In this document: positions 49,101-60,928 of the stretch, piece by piece
Layout of the letters: each line of letters begins with the position of its first letter
How positions within the stretch are numbered: the first letter of the stretch is position 1
DNA from: Perna viridis
Taxonomy: Eukaryota
Length of the DNA stretch: 64,000 bases
Direction of reading: 5' to 3'
Assembly (NCBI GenBank): GCA_037379345.1
Contig: CM074523.1
Span: 31,573,678-31,637,677 of the forward strand
Notes under the pieces: model-generated
Databases searched by the model: none
Told to the model about the DNA's origin: nothing
Seen by the model: the letters and a program-made list of their open reading frames with translations, nothing else
Program-made: the position numbers and the translations under genes

Positions 49101-52100
49101 AATTCAAAGATAATCAAGTTTACTACATGTATCATAAAATCACTTCTACTGAAAACGAATTATTTTTGAAATTTTTTTCACGAGCTTCCTAAAAAAAAAC
49201 CCAGCTTTTAAACAGAATCTTTTGAATACCTTAATTATGGATGAGTATCAAAAATAAATGTACGATCGCTTGAGCTAAGCTGCAAATGACACCCGCTTCA
49301 AGGCGAAACATATATTATATTTTTTTGTTTTCCCATGAATTTTACCTGTTTCTATGCGCTGTGTTCTGTGCTGTGGTGTAAGGACCTCTGACGTTAAGGA
49401 TATGTCATAATGAATTTCGAATGTATGTCATGTAAGCGTCTGTAAATCAATTTAAGTGTAAGTGCTTGTAAGAATCAGGCAAAATGAAAAAAAAATCAGA
49501 AACATGCATATCAAAACCCCATCGAGCCGGCAATAAAATATCACTCTTTGTTGCTTTCTCTATTTGAAAAGGACATTATTTGATCTCTGAATTTCGCATA
49601 ATTTTATGTATAAATTTGTAAATACACCAAAATTTTGACATCAACCTCTAGAAAAAAAAGAAAATATGAGAATTTTGGGAATATTAATGGATTTTCTTTT
49701 ATTGACCTCGGTAAGAACATTGAATAGCCCACTCTCCTGTAAATAACACTGGTAAACATACGTAGTAGATAAAAATGTTCAAATAAAACACTGCAAAAAA
49801 CTTTATTTTTACAAAAGAACTTATTATTAAAGACATATTATGATATCTAAGAAAATAACAAGAGATACGATCCTTCTCTCTTAAAAAGCGTATTTTAAAA
49901 AAGTGTTACTTAGAATCATAAATCAAAAGTTAAACAGAATATTTGCCTGTACATCTATAGAAAAAAACATTATCCAGTAACTCATACACCTGATAAATTA
50001 CAAGTATCATGAAAATGTCGGAGCTAATAATTTCAAAGAAAGCCAACCAAATGACTTCAGCTTTTCCAAAAAGCTAATCTTATAACGACGTGTAATTTCC
50101 TCTAAAACGATATTCCAATCCCGATCCACCAGTGCTTACATGTATATAAATTTATAATAACTTTTAATTATAGTTCCCTTTTATCAATTTAATGGGTTTT
50201 AATATCAAATATCACTTATACATTATGAAAGAAACCTTGAAATCTGTGTCTTTTTCGTGCTGTTTCAAACTAAACGCAAGTGCTTCTTATTTTTCTTTGT
50301 TTCCCTCTTCATGTCATACTAATTACTATTAAAGTAAAGAATTTATTGACGTAACAATGTCCAATGAAATACACCAGGATTGTTTCCCTTCTGGCACAAA
50401 ATAGGCAATCGCCGTGTAAATTTAGTAACTAATGTACAAATTTAAGTGGACAATTATTGGCTGATTCAGGCGTTCGGATATAAAGGGGGCTGTTACATAC
50501 ATGTAAACATGTAGCTAAAGGCCGAACGGAGCGAGGCAAACACATTAATGAGGCTAGATCTAAAAAGAAAAATCAATGCATCATTCTTACATGACTTAAC
50601 TTAAGGGGAGTTTCGCTGGGCACGCCATTCCTTGATTCTACGCCTACGAATGTTTAACAAACAATAAAATGTGCAAGGCATACCCGAAGAGTAAATAAAC
50701 TTCATTTTACTATTTTTCTACAACAGGCACCTAAGCTCGAAAACATGCCGGGAATAGGTCATGTTAATGAAGACTTTGATACAGAGCAACTGGTGTATAA
50801 CCTTACTGTAACAGACAGTGATCCAGTCCAATGTTCCCTGTTTGATTCGGAACCAGACAACGCGCAGTTTTTACTGAAAATACACAAAGCCATTGCAGGT
50901 AATTATTTTTTATTTTGATCTAGGAGCAGAAAGGGACACATGTAATCTACATGTATTTTATACAAAAAATCAACAGTCTCACGCTTATGTTTCCGTTTCA
51001 AAGAGGGAAATGTAGCCACAAACGGAAATTTCTTACTTCTTATTTGAATGTTTTGCTTACAATCGTAATAAATAACTTACATGTGATTGCTTATGCAAAA
51101 CAAATTGATCTCGAACCCGTGATAAATATAATTAATTTAGTATCATGGACAAAACCCAGACATCGAAAACAGACAAACACAACCAAGCACATAAATTAAC
51201 CAAAATAGTACACAGTACATAGTAACAAATGTAAATGCGCAACTCGCACTCCACTAAAAAAACTGGGAGCGTGGACCAGGTGTACCGGCATGGTAAGCGT
51301 CCACTGCTTTTCTGGAAACACCCGCCGAGTTGCTCATAAAAAGGCTAAAGTCCGGGGTAGAAGCATATTCTCTTCTCAAGTAAATCTACCAAATAACCGA
51401 GCATATGTCGAGAAGATACGTGTATCTGTATCATGATAATATTTGTCATCAATGAATTTTTCTGAAATTCAACCATATTTAGTATGAGATATTACAGTAT
51501 TTTATGTAATGTTGATAAGATGCTTGCATTTGAAGGTCAAACCAATGGTAGTTTAGCATACGGTGAGTTATAGAATCCACTCTATTCTTCAACAAATATT
51601 TGTATTATATTGTGACACGTGTGATTTATAATTTTAATCACCTTGACTTAGGAAGAGTACACGTGACACTGTTTTCATCTTTATATATTTATTTCTTTAA
51701 TATTAATGTGTGATTTTTACACTTTTTTGTGATTTTCATCTTCAATTTTCAAGTTTTACACTTCGATCAGTATCATTACCCTGTAAACCGTAAAGAGAGT
51801 CCAATTAGTACTGTACACGTCCGAAGTCAGCAGTAAACATGCATCTGACACTTATTTCTACCGTTTTAAGTTTTAAAAGTTTAGTTACTGATTGATCAAG
51901 ATTATCTTTTAGTGTGTGAGATGCATTTAAATGTCGTTACAATTTGTAATGTGTATAATGTAACTCAAAAAATGTAAAATAGCTTTTTTGACATTTTATG
52001 GCACTGCTTATAAAAATGCGTGTTGGCGCGTGTGGTTGAAAAGATGAAAATTAACATTCAATTTGTCAATTTGGTTGATTGTACAAAAATGTACATGTAA

Positions 52101-55100
52101 AGTGTATTTTTTTTATGGTTTCATACAATTGAAATTGATTTGTGACAAGCTTTCTGGGTGGTTGGTTCTCTTTTAGCAATCCAGATTATTTCGTATATGA
52201 AACCTATACAACAAATTCGAAACATTTTAACCTTAATTTAGTATATGTCCAAAATGCAGTTTATATTTCGCCCCAATTTTTGTCCTGGATCTATTATACT
52301 ATATAAATATCAACCTGATTATAATATTTTGTTCTTTTAAATCAATTTATGTTTAAATATTTTTTTTTAATGTCCAGTTAACTGCCTGATTCAGTTCACC
52401 GTTTGATTCTCATAAAATCATCTCAACAAGAGACAGTTACAAGTACTTGCATTTATAACTAAAGCGCCATCATAGTTAAGGCAGTGTATTTATGAGGGCT
52501 AATGATTAAAAGCTACACTTACATGGAATAATAACCTGTTTTAATTTTTATTATTAATCTAGAATTTGGAGTATATCTAAAAGCAGGAGCAAATCTGTCC
52601 TACAGTCTGCAGTCTTCGTATGAATTGAACGTGACGTGCACGGATGGGTCGATGTGGTCGTCTGATATCATTTATGTTTATGTCAAATCAAATGCACCTC
52701 CAGTTTTCCAAAACTTACCAGGTAATAAAATATCAAATCGAACGCACTTTCAGTTTGCCAAAACTATCAGGTAATTATATATCAAATCTATCACACATCC
52801 AGTTTTCGGAAACGTAATCATTATATATCAAATCCAACGAACCTCAAGTTTGTTAAAACCTATTACGGTACGACCTCGGTCGTCTAAGGGTATCGTGCTA
52901 GCCCGAGTGCGAGAGGGTATGGATTGATCCCCACCAAGTCACATCAATCACTTAAACATTAGTTGTCTTCTCCGCCTATCACACGGTATGTTTTGGAGTA
53001 CAGTTGTTCCGATTGGGGTGGCATGCCTACTGTACCTGTGGTTTGTTGATTATGTGAGCTAGCAGAATAACAATCCGGTTCAATGTGTCGTCCTTAAAGC
53101 AAGGCCTTTTCAGTTGGTCAATCGTTGTTGTCCTGAATGCATAAAATATTATCCGTAGGACGTAAAATCATTCGAAATCAATCTAAACCTACTGGCCTGT
53201 TCGGGTAATGACATGTCGCATCGAATGCACATCCGATATTCAAACACCTACGTACATGTATACATTGGATTCTGTCCCTTTTGTTTTAGTTGATATCAGT
53301 GAACGTAACTGTCTTGGTTTGAGACAGTGGCTCCAACTTCCCGGGCGTCAACACAGTGTTCAGGAACAATTCGTACTTCTGGTTCCTAGTAATCCAGTTT
53401 TACTGGTCCTTTTATTTTAAAAAATCTCACGAATGAAACCAGGCTTTATACATGTGCTGATAAAGGGTATGATATGGATGTTCGGTGCTAAAATTTGTAT
53501 GAGTTTGTATGAATTATAAATGGTTATTTCTGTGTTTTCTTGATGTCAATGCTTCCGTACTATTTCAGGAAGTACTTCAATTTCTGCACGGACAGCAACT
53601 ACTGGGACATCATTTTTTACAATAGGTGCCACTGACGATGATGATACGAATTTAGTATTTACTATGAGTTGTGTTTTACCACAGTGTCCGTTCAACATGT
53701 CTAATGGTAATATTTAAACTACGAGCATCGCATCCTATTCAAACAGCCATGACTTCCAGAAAACATAAAGTAATAGTGAAAATAATATGAAATAAACGAA
53801 TCACAATTAACTGCATGGAGATTCTGCTTCAGTTATAAAAGTTTCAAATTATTTCTCCGCTCGAGATGGTGAGATTTTCAACATGCGTGCTTTATCGAGC
53901 ATGTCTTAAAGATTGCTTGTACCAAAAAGAGTGCAGAAATAATTAAAATCAATAAGAGGCTTTCTCCCATGAAATATGTACAAACCTATATGAAATGTAA
54001 AATGGCGGGAATAGGCTTGCGAACATTATATCACCGCCAAGTTGTGAAAACATCACGTGCATTTTTAATCACCGTCATAAAGAAGGAGAAATGGACTTCT
54101 CCGCTTCCTGATTTACATGTATTACGTATCTCTATGCAAGCTTATTGGTTCTGCTATACATGATGCTCATTAAAAAATCCGCGGAGTTATGTCTGATGTA
54201 TTTTATTAATTTGCATAAAGAGGCTGGGTTGAGTTCCGAATTAGGCAGAGGCGTTAAATTACAACCTCTGAGCAGGAGATGTGAAAATTTAATGTAATTG
54301 AAGGTTATCACTTAATTTCAATCAATTACTTATTATAATCCCCTCCCGGTAACATTAAACGCAGGGTCACTTAATCTGTTTTTCCTTATTCTTTGTAAGA
54401 AAACTTAGATACATGATTTATGTCTTTAATGAAAATTAGGCAAATGTTGATGTGGATGAAACTAAATATATATTGGAAGATATTTGAAGAAGAGTGTACT
54501 TTAAATTTTATTTATTAAGCTGAAGGAAATCTTCACTTCATTTCCACATGTATATAATTAGGTAATTTTGAATTTTCATTTATTCAACATGTATGTTTGT
54601 GTACAGATCTGTAGAACGAATCCCATGACCCAGTTGTTGAAATGATTTTGTACAAATTATTCAAGGTAATCAATATTAAGATTTTAACATTCAGATACAT
54701 TTTCTGCCCACAGGTGGTTATTTATATCCTACGTCATCATTGATTCACGATAAAACTGGTATATATGACGTCACAGTTACGGTGACGGACGGGAAGTACA
54801 CGACAGGTCCTTCTCTTTTGACCATCATTATTACAAGTAAGAACTGGACTGCGTATACATGTAGCTTGAAATTTTGGATTGATATTTCCTAAAATCATAT
54901 AAGAAAAAAACAGTTCTGATTCTAGATTGACGTAGGCTATCCAACAAATGAGGTAACTCTAACGTTTATTTGTATTGTGACATTATTTTGTAAATAGCAT
55001 AATGAATTCAATACAAACATCAATTGAATATAAACGTTACCCTTTCCTAGGATTACACTGTTCTAAATAGCGAACGATATGTTTTACTCCAGACAGAAAC

Positions 55101-58100
55101 AGTCCTCCAGTTATCAGCGGCGTTACAAAGTCCCTGCTTGTTTCGGAACATACGGCGCCATTGACGTCACTTTTGACACTCTCGATAACTGATGTTGATG
55201 CCCAAGATTCGCCAGTGTGTAGTGTTGACATTCAACCAGCAAGCGGTGTTTCCATATTCATTTTTGATTCACTAGGTAAGTGTGAACACCATGCAATTAC
55301 ATTTCCATGTTACTATTATCATCAGGTTGTTTCTAGAAAAAAAAAATAATACCTTGAGTGTTTAAAGTGAATCAGATTATTAAGAAGGGTTAATTTTTTC
55401 CAAGTTTGTACGAAATAAACAAAATATTCCAAACCTATTCCCTGTTGTTGGAATCCTTAACATGTGGTCCTGAGACATTGATACATATTTAATTTCTATT
55501 ATAGTTACATGTATCCCAAAACTACATGTATATAAAGTACACTATCTCGCTAACATACAATGTATAAAGGCTTCCAATGTATCGCGAAATCGCTAACAAA
55601 AGAAAAAATGTGATACATGCAACATTGGACTTGACGCTTAATTCAAAAATATATTTTCCCAAGAAAGAAAAGAAAATCCCAATTTCGTCCATTTGCATCC
55701 TTTCCTAATGTCATGTTCAGAAAATTACGGTCATATTGAGTGAAATTGATACAATGTAACAAAAAAAAAAAACACATGCACACACACACACAGATAGTAT
55801 GATCATTTGGAAAACTGTTGAAATACATGTAAGTACATATAAATTGTCAGGTTATATTGCTCCCGAATGGAGCCTTCGTAATTGTATTATAAACTTGGTT
55901 CATTATACCTATGACTTGGTTATTTCTTGTCAATTAGCTAGATATTTGTTTGCAAATATATTTTATTACATTAATTTTTTGCTGAATTTCCGAAAATTGT
56001 CCATAAACCCTGACCAACAAAGCCACTTGGGTCTAGGTCATCTCTGCTGTTTTTAATCACGATAAGATTCTTTATATCAATTCCCATAACAACCCTTGAC
56101 CTAGAGCTTGACTGTCCAGTTTGAGTGGGCGGTGTGTTATGTCTTTTTACGATGTAAGGAAGTCGATATGATGACTGAATTTCAGCCAACCGTGCAAAGA
56201 TCGGCATGTACCTAGTTTGGCCAAGTTATGAACGAAATTTACGCCTGCGCATTAGATCACTTCATATACAGCAAGTGTATCTATACAATTTAACATACAC
56301 ACTACATTTGTCTGTTTAGTACAGATCTAGGCCTGCTGTGAAGTATAAATTTAAATTATTTGTAAGTTATGATCTTTTATTGTTATATCATAACGTATGA
56401 CTAATTTCACAATTTAATACGTGCTTTTTTTGTGAAGTTTATCACTAATTGTAATTAATTGCATTTTTGTTGTTTCCCTTTAAATATGGCCTATGTTTTT
56501 TTCTTTCAGCATATAATCTACGTCTTGGACAGAATGCTGTCATAGATTACGAGCTGTTGACGGTTACAACATTTAACCTGACGTTTGTAGCAACAGACTT
56601 CATTGATGTCACATCCGTTTCCGTTTTAATTTCTATCAATGATGAGAATGATGCCCCCATGTTTACCTCACAAACAGCTTACATACAGATCAATGAATCA
56701 GACGTTGGTATAGTCTAATTGTAAAATATGATGTAGTCTAAGAACGTTTATTGAGTAGAAACAATGGTAGTCAAAAATTAAGAAAATTATTATTAAGACT
56801 TAAAAAAAACTTGTCTGTTTAAGTTATCCTACCTACCCTACCACATTATTTGGTTTGTTTTGATGAATGCCGCTAATCTATCATTTTTTTTTGGTTGAGA
56901 ATAATAATAAGTCAAGAAATTCTCCTATAAATGTCAATATAAAAAATATAAAAATATGAAATAATTTTACTTCTAACATAAATACGGATTTCATATGATC
57001 AAATTACAAACTTGAACATGTTAAAACTGCACAGTTTTAAACACCATGGTCCAACAAGATTTGATTAAATACCATGATTTTTTAAACTCCGCCCATCACA
57101 ACATGTAAATGGGGAACTCCCTCTTGATTTCCTCATATGGGCAATAGTATTAGGCTGCAATATGTTGGAATATTGAACTGTTTAAACTTTCAGAAAAATC
57201 AATATCAGGTGCTTTCGTTGAGGTACACGTTAAACTGGTGCGGCTTGTTACTCCACAATAATAAAATAAGACGTTAAACAATAGTACAATATAGAGACAA
57301 AACATGTTGTATGGTATTCATGATTTGTTGCATACATGTATTTGTGACCGGTTGAGGTGAGGTCTTACAATTAAGAAAATAAGGCGTTTTAAGTTGACAG
57401 AACATCCGTGTTTTATATTTGACTAAATAATAATATTAGTTAACGCCACCGAATTCGTAGGGATATTTTAGATAGGTACAGACCACGCCCATTTTAGCAG
57501 ATGCTTCACATATGGCGCTCGAAATGAAGCAATGGTTGTAGTCTCAAGTTTTAAGGACATTGTATGTCAGATACACTTTACTCTGAGTATTCAATGAATC
57601 TGTTAACTCGTCAATTTTAATATTCAGCCAAATTACGAACAAAGAAGCTTCATGGAACTAAAGCTCTATTTAAATTTAAATCAAAGGTATTTATAATTAA
57701 ACATTTAGCGTTTTCAGATATTGTGTCGTATCATAAGATGTCGACTTTCTTTTATAGGCAAATACCAAAATCGGAACAGTCCCCAGCCATGTAGACCAAG
57801 ATGTACATGAAGTTTTGCAGTTTAAAATTCTAGGTGGTACCGGAAGTGGTTTTTTCGACCTGAATCCAACTTCTGGTGATTTGTTCTTTAAAGTCGACTA
57901 TGATGTGGATGTGTCGTCATTTCCGTCTGATTTGTTTATTTTAATTGAAATTAGGGACGGTGGAGGGCTGACAGATAACTGTACAGTGTTCATCAATGTT
58001 ATTGACCTGAATGACAATGCTCCTCATTTCAATGCTACTAGTTATATTTTCAAAGTCAACGCAAACGCCCAGTCTGGTGTAACCATAGGGACTGTCCAAG

Positions 58101-60928
58101 CCGAGGATAGCGATTCTGGTATTAATTCTTTGTTAACGTACACAATTGATCCTGTGTCAAATATAAAGGGAAAGTTCTTAATTCCAAACAGCGGAGAAAT
58201 CATATCAATTGTACCTATGTCTGAATTTCAAGGACAAAATACTGTATCTTTTATTTTATTTGTGACTGACTCGGGATCACCTAGTCAATCTTCAAGCATC
58301 AACGTTACTGTAGTAATAGAAACATCTATTACCCCAGTTGCAAACTCTGGCAGTTCTGTAAACTCCTCTTTTCATAATACAGTTTTAGCCGTCGCTACAG
58401 AGACAGGGAGTGTCCCATCCCTAAAAGAGAGTACAGAATGGAAAGTGTTGATGTCGGTTTCGCTTTTAGGCTTAGTTCTACTGTTGGTTATGGTTGCGTG
58501 TCAAGTTCATCAAGTTCGACGTCGGTCTAAGGACAACAAAAGAGAAGGTGACGATCATCATCCTCAACGACGACAAATGTAAGACAAACACAAACATTAT
58601 ATAAATGACCAAGATATGTAATTATTGTAAATAAACATTGAAATAAACAAGTTATAATTTAACGCTTTGCAATAAGTCCACTATTTTATTTTGCATTACT
58701 ACTTAAAAGTTTTTCCTACACTCTTATTATGAAAAATATCTAAATAGTGTAGATAGAATTGCAAGAGAGAAAATATTTGTGTGGGGTTGACTTTCCATTC
58801 ACTGGAGTGTTAGTTGATAGAGAATTAAGGTTGGGAATGTGTATTTCTGTAGGGAGGGGTTTTGAATCTGGAAAATGGATAATTTAATTTGAAAAAGTTT
58901 TTTAATGATTTTACATAATGTTTTTGTGTCTGAAAAGAAAATGACTCAATCACTATGTGAACACTATATGATCTTCGAAGAATGTAATGTTCTGTGGCAG
59001 GACGGTTTACCTGCGTTGTAGTAGGTAGTGAGATTTAAATAGCCATTTCATTGACTTGGCTAAAGTATTAATTCTCTAGCCGAATCAGTTTGTCACTGGC
59101 TACGGTTCGATCCTCGGCGACGGAGTATAATTTTGGGAGTCAAATCATGCTCTCCCGTTACAGTTCAAGTGTGCGCACATCCTCGATGTTATTTCAAGCA
59201 GACAAGAAAATTATAGTAGTCCTTCATTGTAACATTAACTTTCATCATTTAGAAGATTGAGATTGATGACGTAAAATTCACATTACAAAATTAGGTCTAT
59301 GAGACGATTATTTGGACACATTAAATTAAAAATTAATTCATAACACAGATTTGACCCATGTTGAATTAGTAAATAACTGTTTAATTTGCGTAAATTTGCA
59401 TATTGCATGTGTTGCAGAAGGCTGCTTTAACTTTCCTAATCGGCAGTGTGGTAAATGATAACCGAGATTAAGTCGCTATGAAAGAGTAATCAAGGGAACC
59501 AAGGTTATAGCGGTAATCAAATGAATGTAATGAAGGGAAAAAGACCGGACATGGTAAACAGACAATCACAACAAAGAAAAGACGTAAAATTTGTAGACAA
59601 CAAAGATCAAGGACAACAGAAGAATCAAAGTCACACAACATAGGAGAACAACAACAACAACAACAAAAAAAACAAAAACAAATAACAGAAAGACATAAAG
59701 ACAAACTTGTTGTAAGCAGACATGCTCAAGACGTGACGAATTCCGGCTTTTTGCAAGACATCAATTGTGTTGTCGATGACCTAGTGCGGTGAAAGAAGAA
59801 AATATAGAATATTTGAAACTGCCTTCTAGCCGAATAAACTACTTTTAATGTTGACGTTTCGATACTTCTTTCTTTTCCATGGACCTTTTTAGTCTCATTA
59901 CATGTATTATGTTTTAATTGTAGAACACCAAAACCATTGTCACACCTTCACAGAATGAAGTCTTCTACGCTACTGCTTAAAGATACAGACTTCTGGAAAC
60001 AAGGTGGTTAACAAAGCGGTTATTTACTTAAAGAATTGTCTGTCATAAATGCGGTTTACTTCTGATATTTTTACTGAAAGATTAATGTATGTCAAGAGAT
60101 TAGGAGTGTAAGTTTTTGACTAGAGATGTCGTGATATTTACAAAATAGTTTTAAATTATCGAAAATTTAAGTAGTTGTCTATGTAAGAATCATGTAAAAT
60201 CTGAAAAATGTGATACACCCCAAAAAAGGCTACATATTTTTATTTTTGTAATTAAGTTGTTTTATGGGTCTATACTATGAAATGTGTAATTATTCATTGA
60301 AATCTGCCTGCTCTTAGGAGATAATCGATATTGAATATCCAGTATATTCTATTATATTTGAGCGTCATTTACAGAGTTATCTCCATTTATTTTGAAATCT
60401 ACAGTGCATTCTATATAATTTTTATCTCCTAAGAGCACGGGCTATATGAAAAACCACATGTTGATTTCTGTTTACTTTGACATTTCAAACAAAATATCAA
60501 AAATAAAAGCATGTAGGTTTTTTACCCATGAATCACATTTTGCATGATCCTTAGCTGGAGTGCTACTTATTTTTTGTTTAAATTGGTTTGTTGAATGTAG
60601 TTGTTCATTGTAAGGATATCAATGCCTTATTCATATATGTTCACTTCATCATCCTGTACAGATTTGAATTTGTGTATGTTATATATGATATTAAACTTTT
60701 TTATTCATAGGAAGTGAAAGAAACAGTCATGCGACCTTGAGTAGAACTATGTCAAACAGACAGTTTACACCAACTGCTCCGATGTCTACAAGAAGCATCC
60801 AATCGAGTTTGTCAAAAACAAGTACTGGGAAAGATGGTGAAACTTTTCCAAGAATTATCAGAGTTGATGGTGCTCATGAATACGGAAGTCGAAATTTACA
60901 TTCTGAAAGAACCGCATTACGGTTCTAA
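31092..60928 (+). CDS. Cadherin-related single-pass membrane protein (6 EC repeats, CDHR3/4-like layout) with an extra uncharacterised N-terminal domain; 16 exons, 975 aa
   Basis: Exons 31092-31140, 36099-36179, 37632-37802, 39740-39818, 41215-41381, 43840-44010, 44899-45020, 50727-50898, 52563-52721, 53569-53706, 54714-54836, 55093-55275, 56510-56703, 57758-58578, 59924-60003, 60711-60928 sum to 2928 nt. They are open throughout, all GT-AG and phase-matched. Cadherin motifs IDYE, DENDAP, DLNDNAP, AEDSDSG, VTDSGSP; TM VLMSVSLLGLVLLLVMVAC. Confidence 0.88.
34330..34580. repeat. Dispersed non-autonomous repeat (inverted copy ~53848-54095)
   Basis: CCATCTCGAGCGGAGAAATAA vs TTATTTCTCCGCTCGAGATGG; CACGTG..TGGCGGTGA also shared. 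Confidence 0.75.
35050..35304 (+). mobile_element. Naiad-type PLE 3'-end fragment
   Basis: TGACTTTTTATGAACAA...ACCCTTCCGGTGCACC...GGTTCCCTTTAATTATTCT. Confidence 0.8.
36099..36179 (+). CDS. Cadherin-like gene exon 2
   Basis: Poly-T AG acceptor; (A)SIQCTTSDYAGVVDPESYHDKYENKV; G|GTTTGT donor; phase 1-1. Confidence 0.7.
36538..36701. repeat. 12-bp minisatellite (CAAGCATCGTGT)n, ~13 copies
   Basis: Direct units; explains ORFs in 36503..36804. Confidence 0.95.
37632..37802 (+). CDS. Cadherin-like gene exon 3 (N-terminal domain)
   Basis: TTGTAG|(G)WGFVVRRPSYVFPCCGVVEKWEVHVEEAGTLEMQVWRADTGSQEKLVGENSLLTTI|GTAAGT. Confidence 0.82.
39740..39818 (+). CDS. Cadherin-like gene exon 4 (N-terminal domain)
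   Basis: TACAG|(G)SVANELMFVINITKQITVVPGDAIG(W)|GTAAGT; phase 1-2. Confidence 0.82.
40560..40735 (-). mobile_element. Related PLE subfamily 3'-end fragment
   Basis: The reverse complement contains CAGGTGC...GCTTACCCTTCCGGAGCATCTG, the same core as the main family. Similar short cores occur at ~16680-16706 and ~15765-15795. Confidence 0.6.
41215..41381 (+). CDS. Cadherin-like gene exon 5 (end of N-terminal domain)
   Basis: TTTTTAAG|(W)RTAGTEVLTYSDIKNDDKLVYHDESMPDVHVGGKHTFPKDDKKDRMYAVKAHLAP|GTAGG; phase 2-1. Confidence 0.8.
41943..43225 (-). mobile_element. Penelope-like retroelement (Naiad-type RT), 5'-truncated, frameshifted, complete 3' UTR
   Basis: RT motifs IKTYDFSTLYTSIP, QQTVGIPMGTNCAPLLADLFL, FRYTDD, YLDL, YDKRDDFSF. 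The ORF stops right after the thumb with no C-terminal GIY-YIG. A 10-bp tandem duplication (TTTAAACAAT, ~42667-42686) shifts the frame between ORFs 42661..43284 and 42222..42650. Confidence 0.9.
43840..44010 (+). CDS. Cadherin-like gene exon 6 (EC1, first half)
   Basis: TTTCAG|GSPPSFVNLPDSVTM...ITDANPLDTH...YFSIDVNT|GTACAA. Confidence 0.88.
44547..44648 (-). mobile_element. Naiad-type PLE extreme 3'-end fragment
   Basis: GAGTAATCAAGGGAACCAAG...ATGGAAAACAGAC. Confidence 0.8.
44899..45020 (+). CDS. Cadherin-like gene exon 7 (EC1, second half)
   Basis: GVVKVAKELLPATFTIYLVVTDICGLQDTQQLSITVTGPNH|GTACGT. Confidence 0.88.
45630..46470. repeat. Diverged ~400-bp tandem duplication (2+ units)
   Basis: AAATTCCGAAAAT...ATACGC.CCTGAAA...TGAATACAT.GAT.ATTAAA at ~45686 and ~46097; partial third unit at ~46444. 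Confidence 0.7.
47807..48118. repeat. ~310-bp dispersed MITE-like family (other copies ~19055-19285 and 25785-26099 inverted, 61045-61366 same orientation)
   Basis: Shared TAAGGTGTGTCACATG end, GTCAAATTTAGTTGAAA and GAGAAAAATGATGTG. Confidence 0.75.
48270..48527 (+). mobile_element. Naiad-type PLE 3'-end fragment with internal replacement
   Basis: TTCAACGTGTCATAGTTTTCCTTTCC...GATTCCCTGATTACTCT. Confidence 0.8.
50727..50898 (+). CDS. Cadherin-like gene exon 8 (EC2)
   Basis: AACAG|APKLENMPGIGHVNEDF...LTVTDSDPVQCSL...AIA|GTAATT. Confidence 0.88.
51140..51361 (-). mobile_element. Naiad-type PLE 3'-end fragment
   Basis: CTCCACTAAAAAACTGGGAGCGTGGACCAGGTGTACCGG...CCGAGTTGCTCATAAAA...CCGGGGTAG. 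Confidence 0.85.
52563..52721 (+). CDS. Cadherin-like gene exon 9 (EC2)
   Basis: TCTAG|EFGVYLKAGANLSYSLQSSYELNVTCTDG...VKSNAPPVFQNLP|GTAATA. Confidence 0.88.
52871..53187 (+). mobile_element. Degenerate tRNA-headed SINE (V-SINE-like central domain)
   Basis: tRNA-like head with decayed A/B boxes, TCTTCTCCGCCTATCACACGG core, GTGAGCTAGCA, and a GGACGTAAAA..AATC tail, resembling molluscan V-SINEs as I recall them. Confidence 0.6.
53569..53706 (+). CDS. Cadherin-like gene exon 10 (EC3)
   Basis: TTTCAG|GSTSISARTATTGTSFFTIGATDDDDTNLVFTMSCVLPQCPFNMSN|GTAATA. Confidence 0.88.
54714..54836 (+). CDS. Cadherin-like gene exon 11 (EC3)
   Basis: CACAG|GGYLYPTSSLIHDKTGIYDVTVTVTDGKYTTGPSLLTIIIT|GTAAGA. Confidence 0.88.
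55093..55275 (+). CDS. Cadherin-like gene exon 12 (EC4)
   Basis: TCCAG|NRNSPPVISGVTKSLLVSEHT...ITDVDAQDSPVC...FDSL|GTAAGT. Confidence 0.88.
56510..56703 (+). CDS. Cadherin-like gene exon 13 (EC4 to start of EC5)
   Basis: TTTCAG|AYNLRL...IDYE...INDENDAPMF...INESD|GTTGGT. Confidence 0.9.
57758..58578 (+). CDS. Cadherin-like gene exon 14 (EC5, EC6, TM, juxtamembrane)
   Basis: ORF 57815..58582 extended to the TATAG acceptor; VDYD, DGGG, DLNDNAP, AEDSDSG, TM helix; AT|GTAAGA donor. Confidence 0.93.
59482..59580 (-). mobile_element. Naiad-type PLE extreme 3'-end fragment
   Basis: AAGAGTAATCAAGGGAACCAAGGTTATAGCGGTAATCAA is identical to 41942-41980. Confidence 0.85.
59924..60003 (+). CDS. Cadherin-like gene exon 15 (cytoplasmic)
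   Basis: TTGTAG|(I)TPKPLSHLHRMKSSTLLLKDTDFWKQ|GTGGTT; phase 2-1 bridges exons 14 and 16. Confidence 0.75.
60711..60928 (+). CDS. Cadherin-like gene exon 16 (cytoplasmic tail, stop)
   Basis: TTCATAG|GSERNSHATLSRTMSNRQF...TALRF*; in frame with ORF 60737..60928. Confidence 0.78.

Noticed and set aside
59050-59165. tRNA gene (GGTTCGATCC B-box)
   Set aside because: No complete cloverleaf; at most a decayed SINE head.
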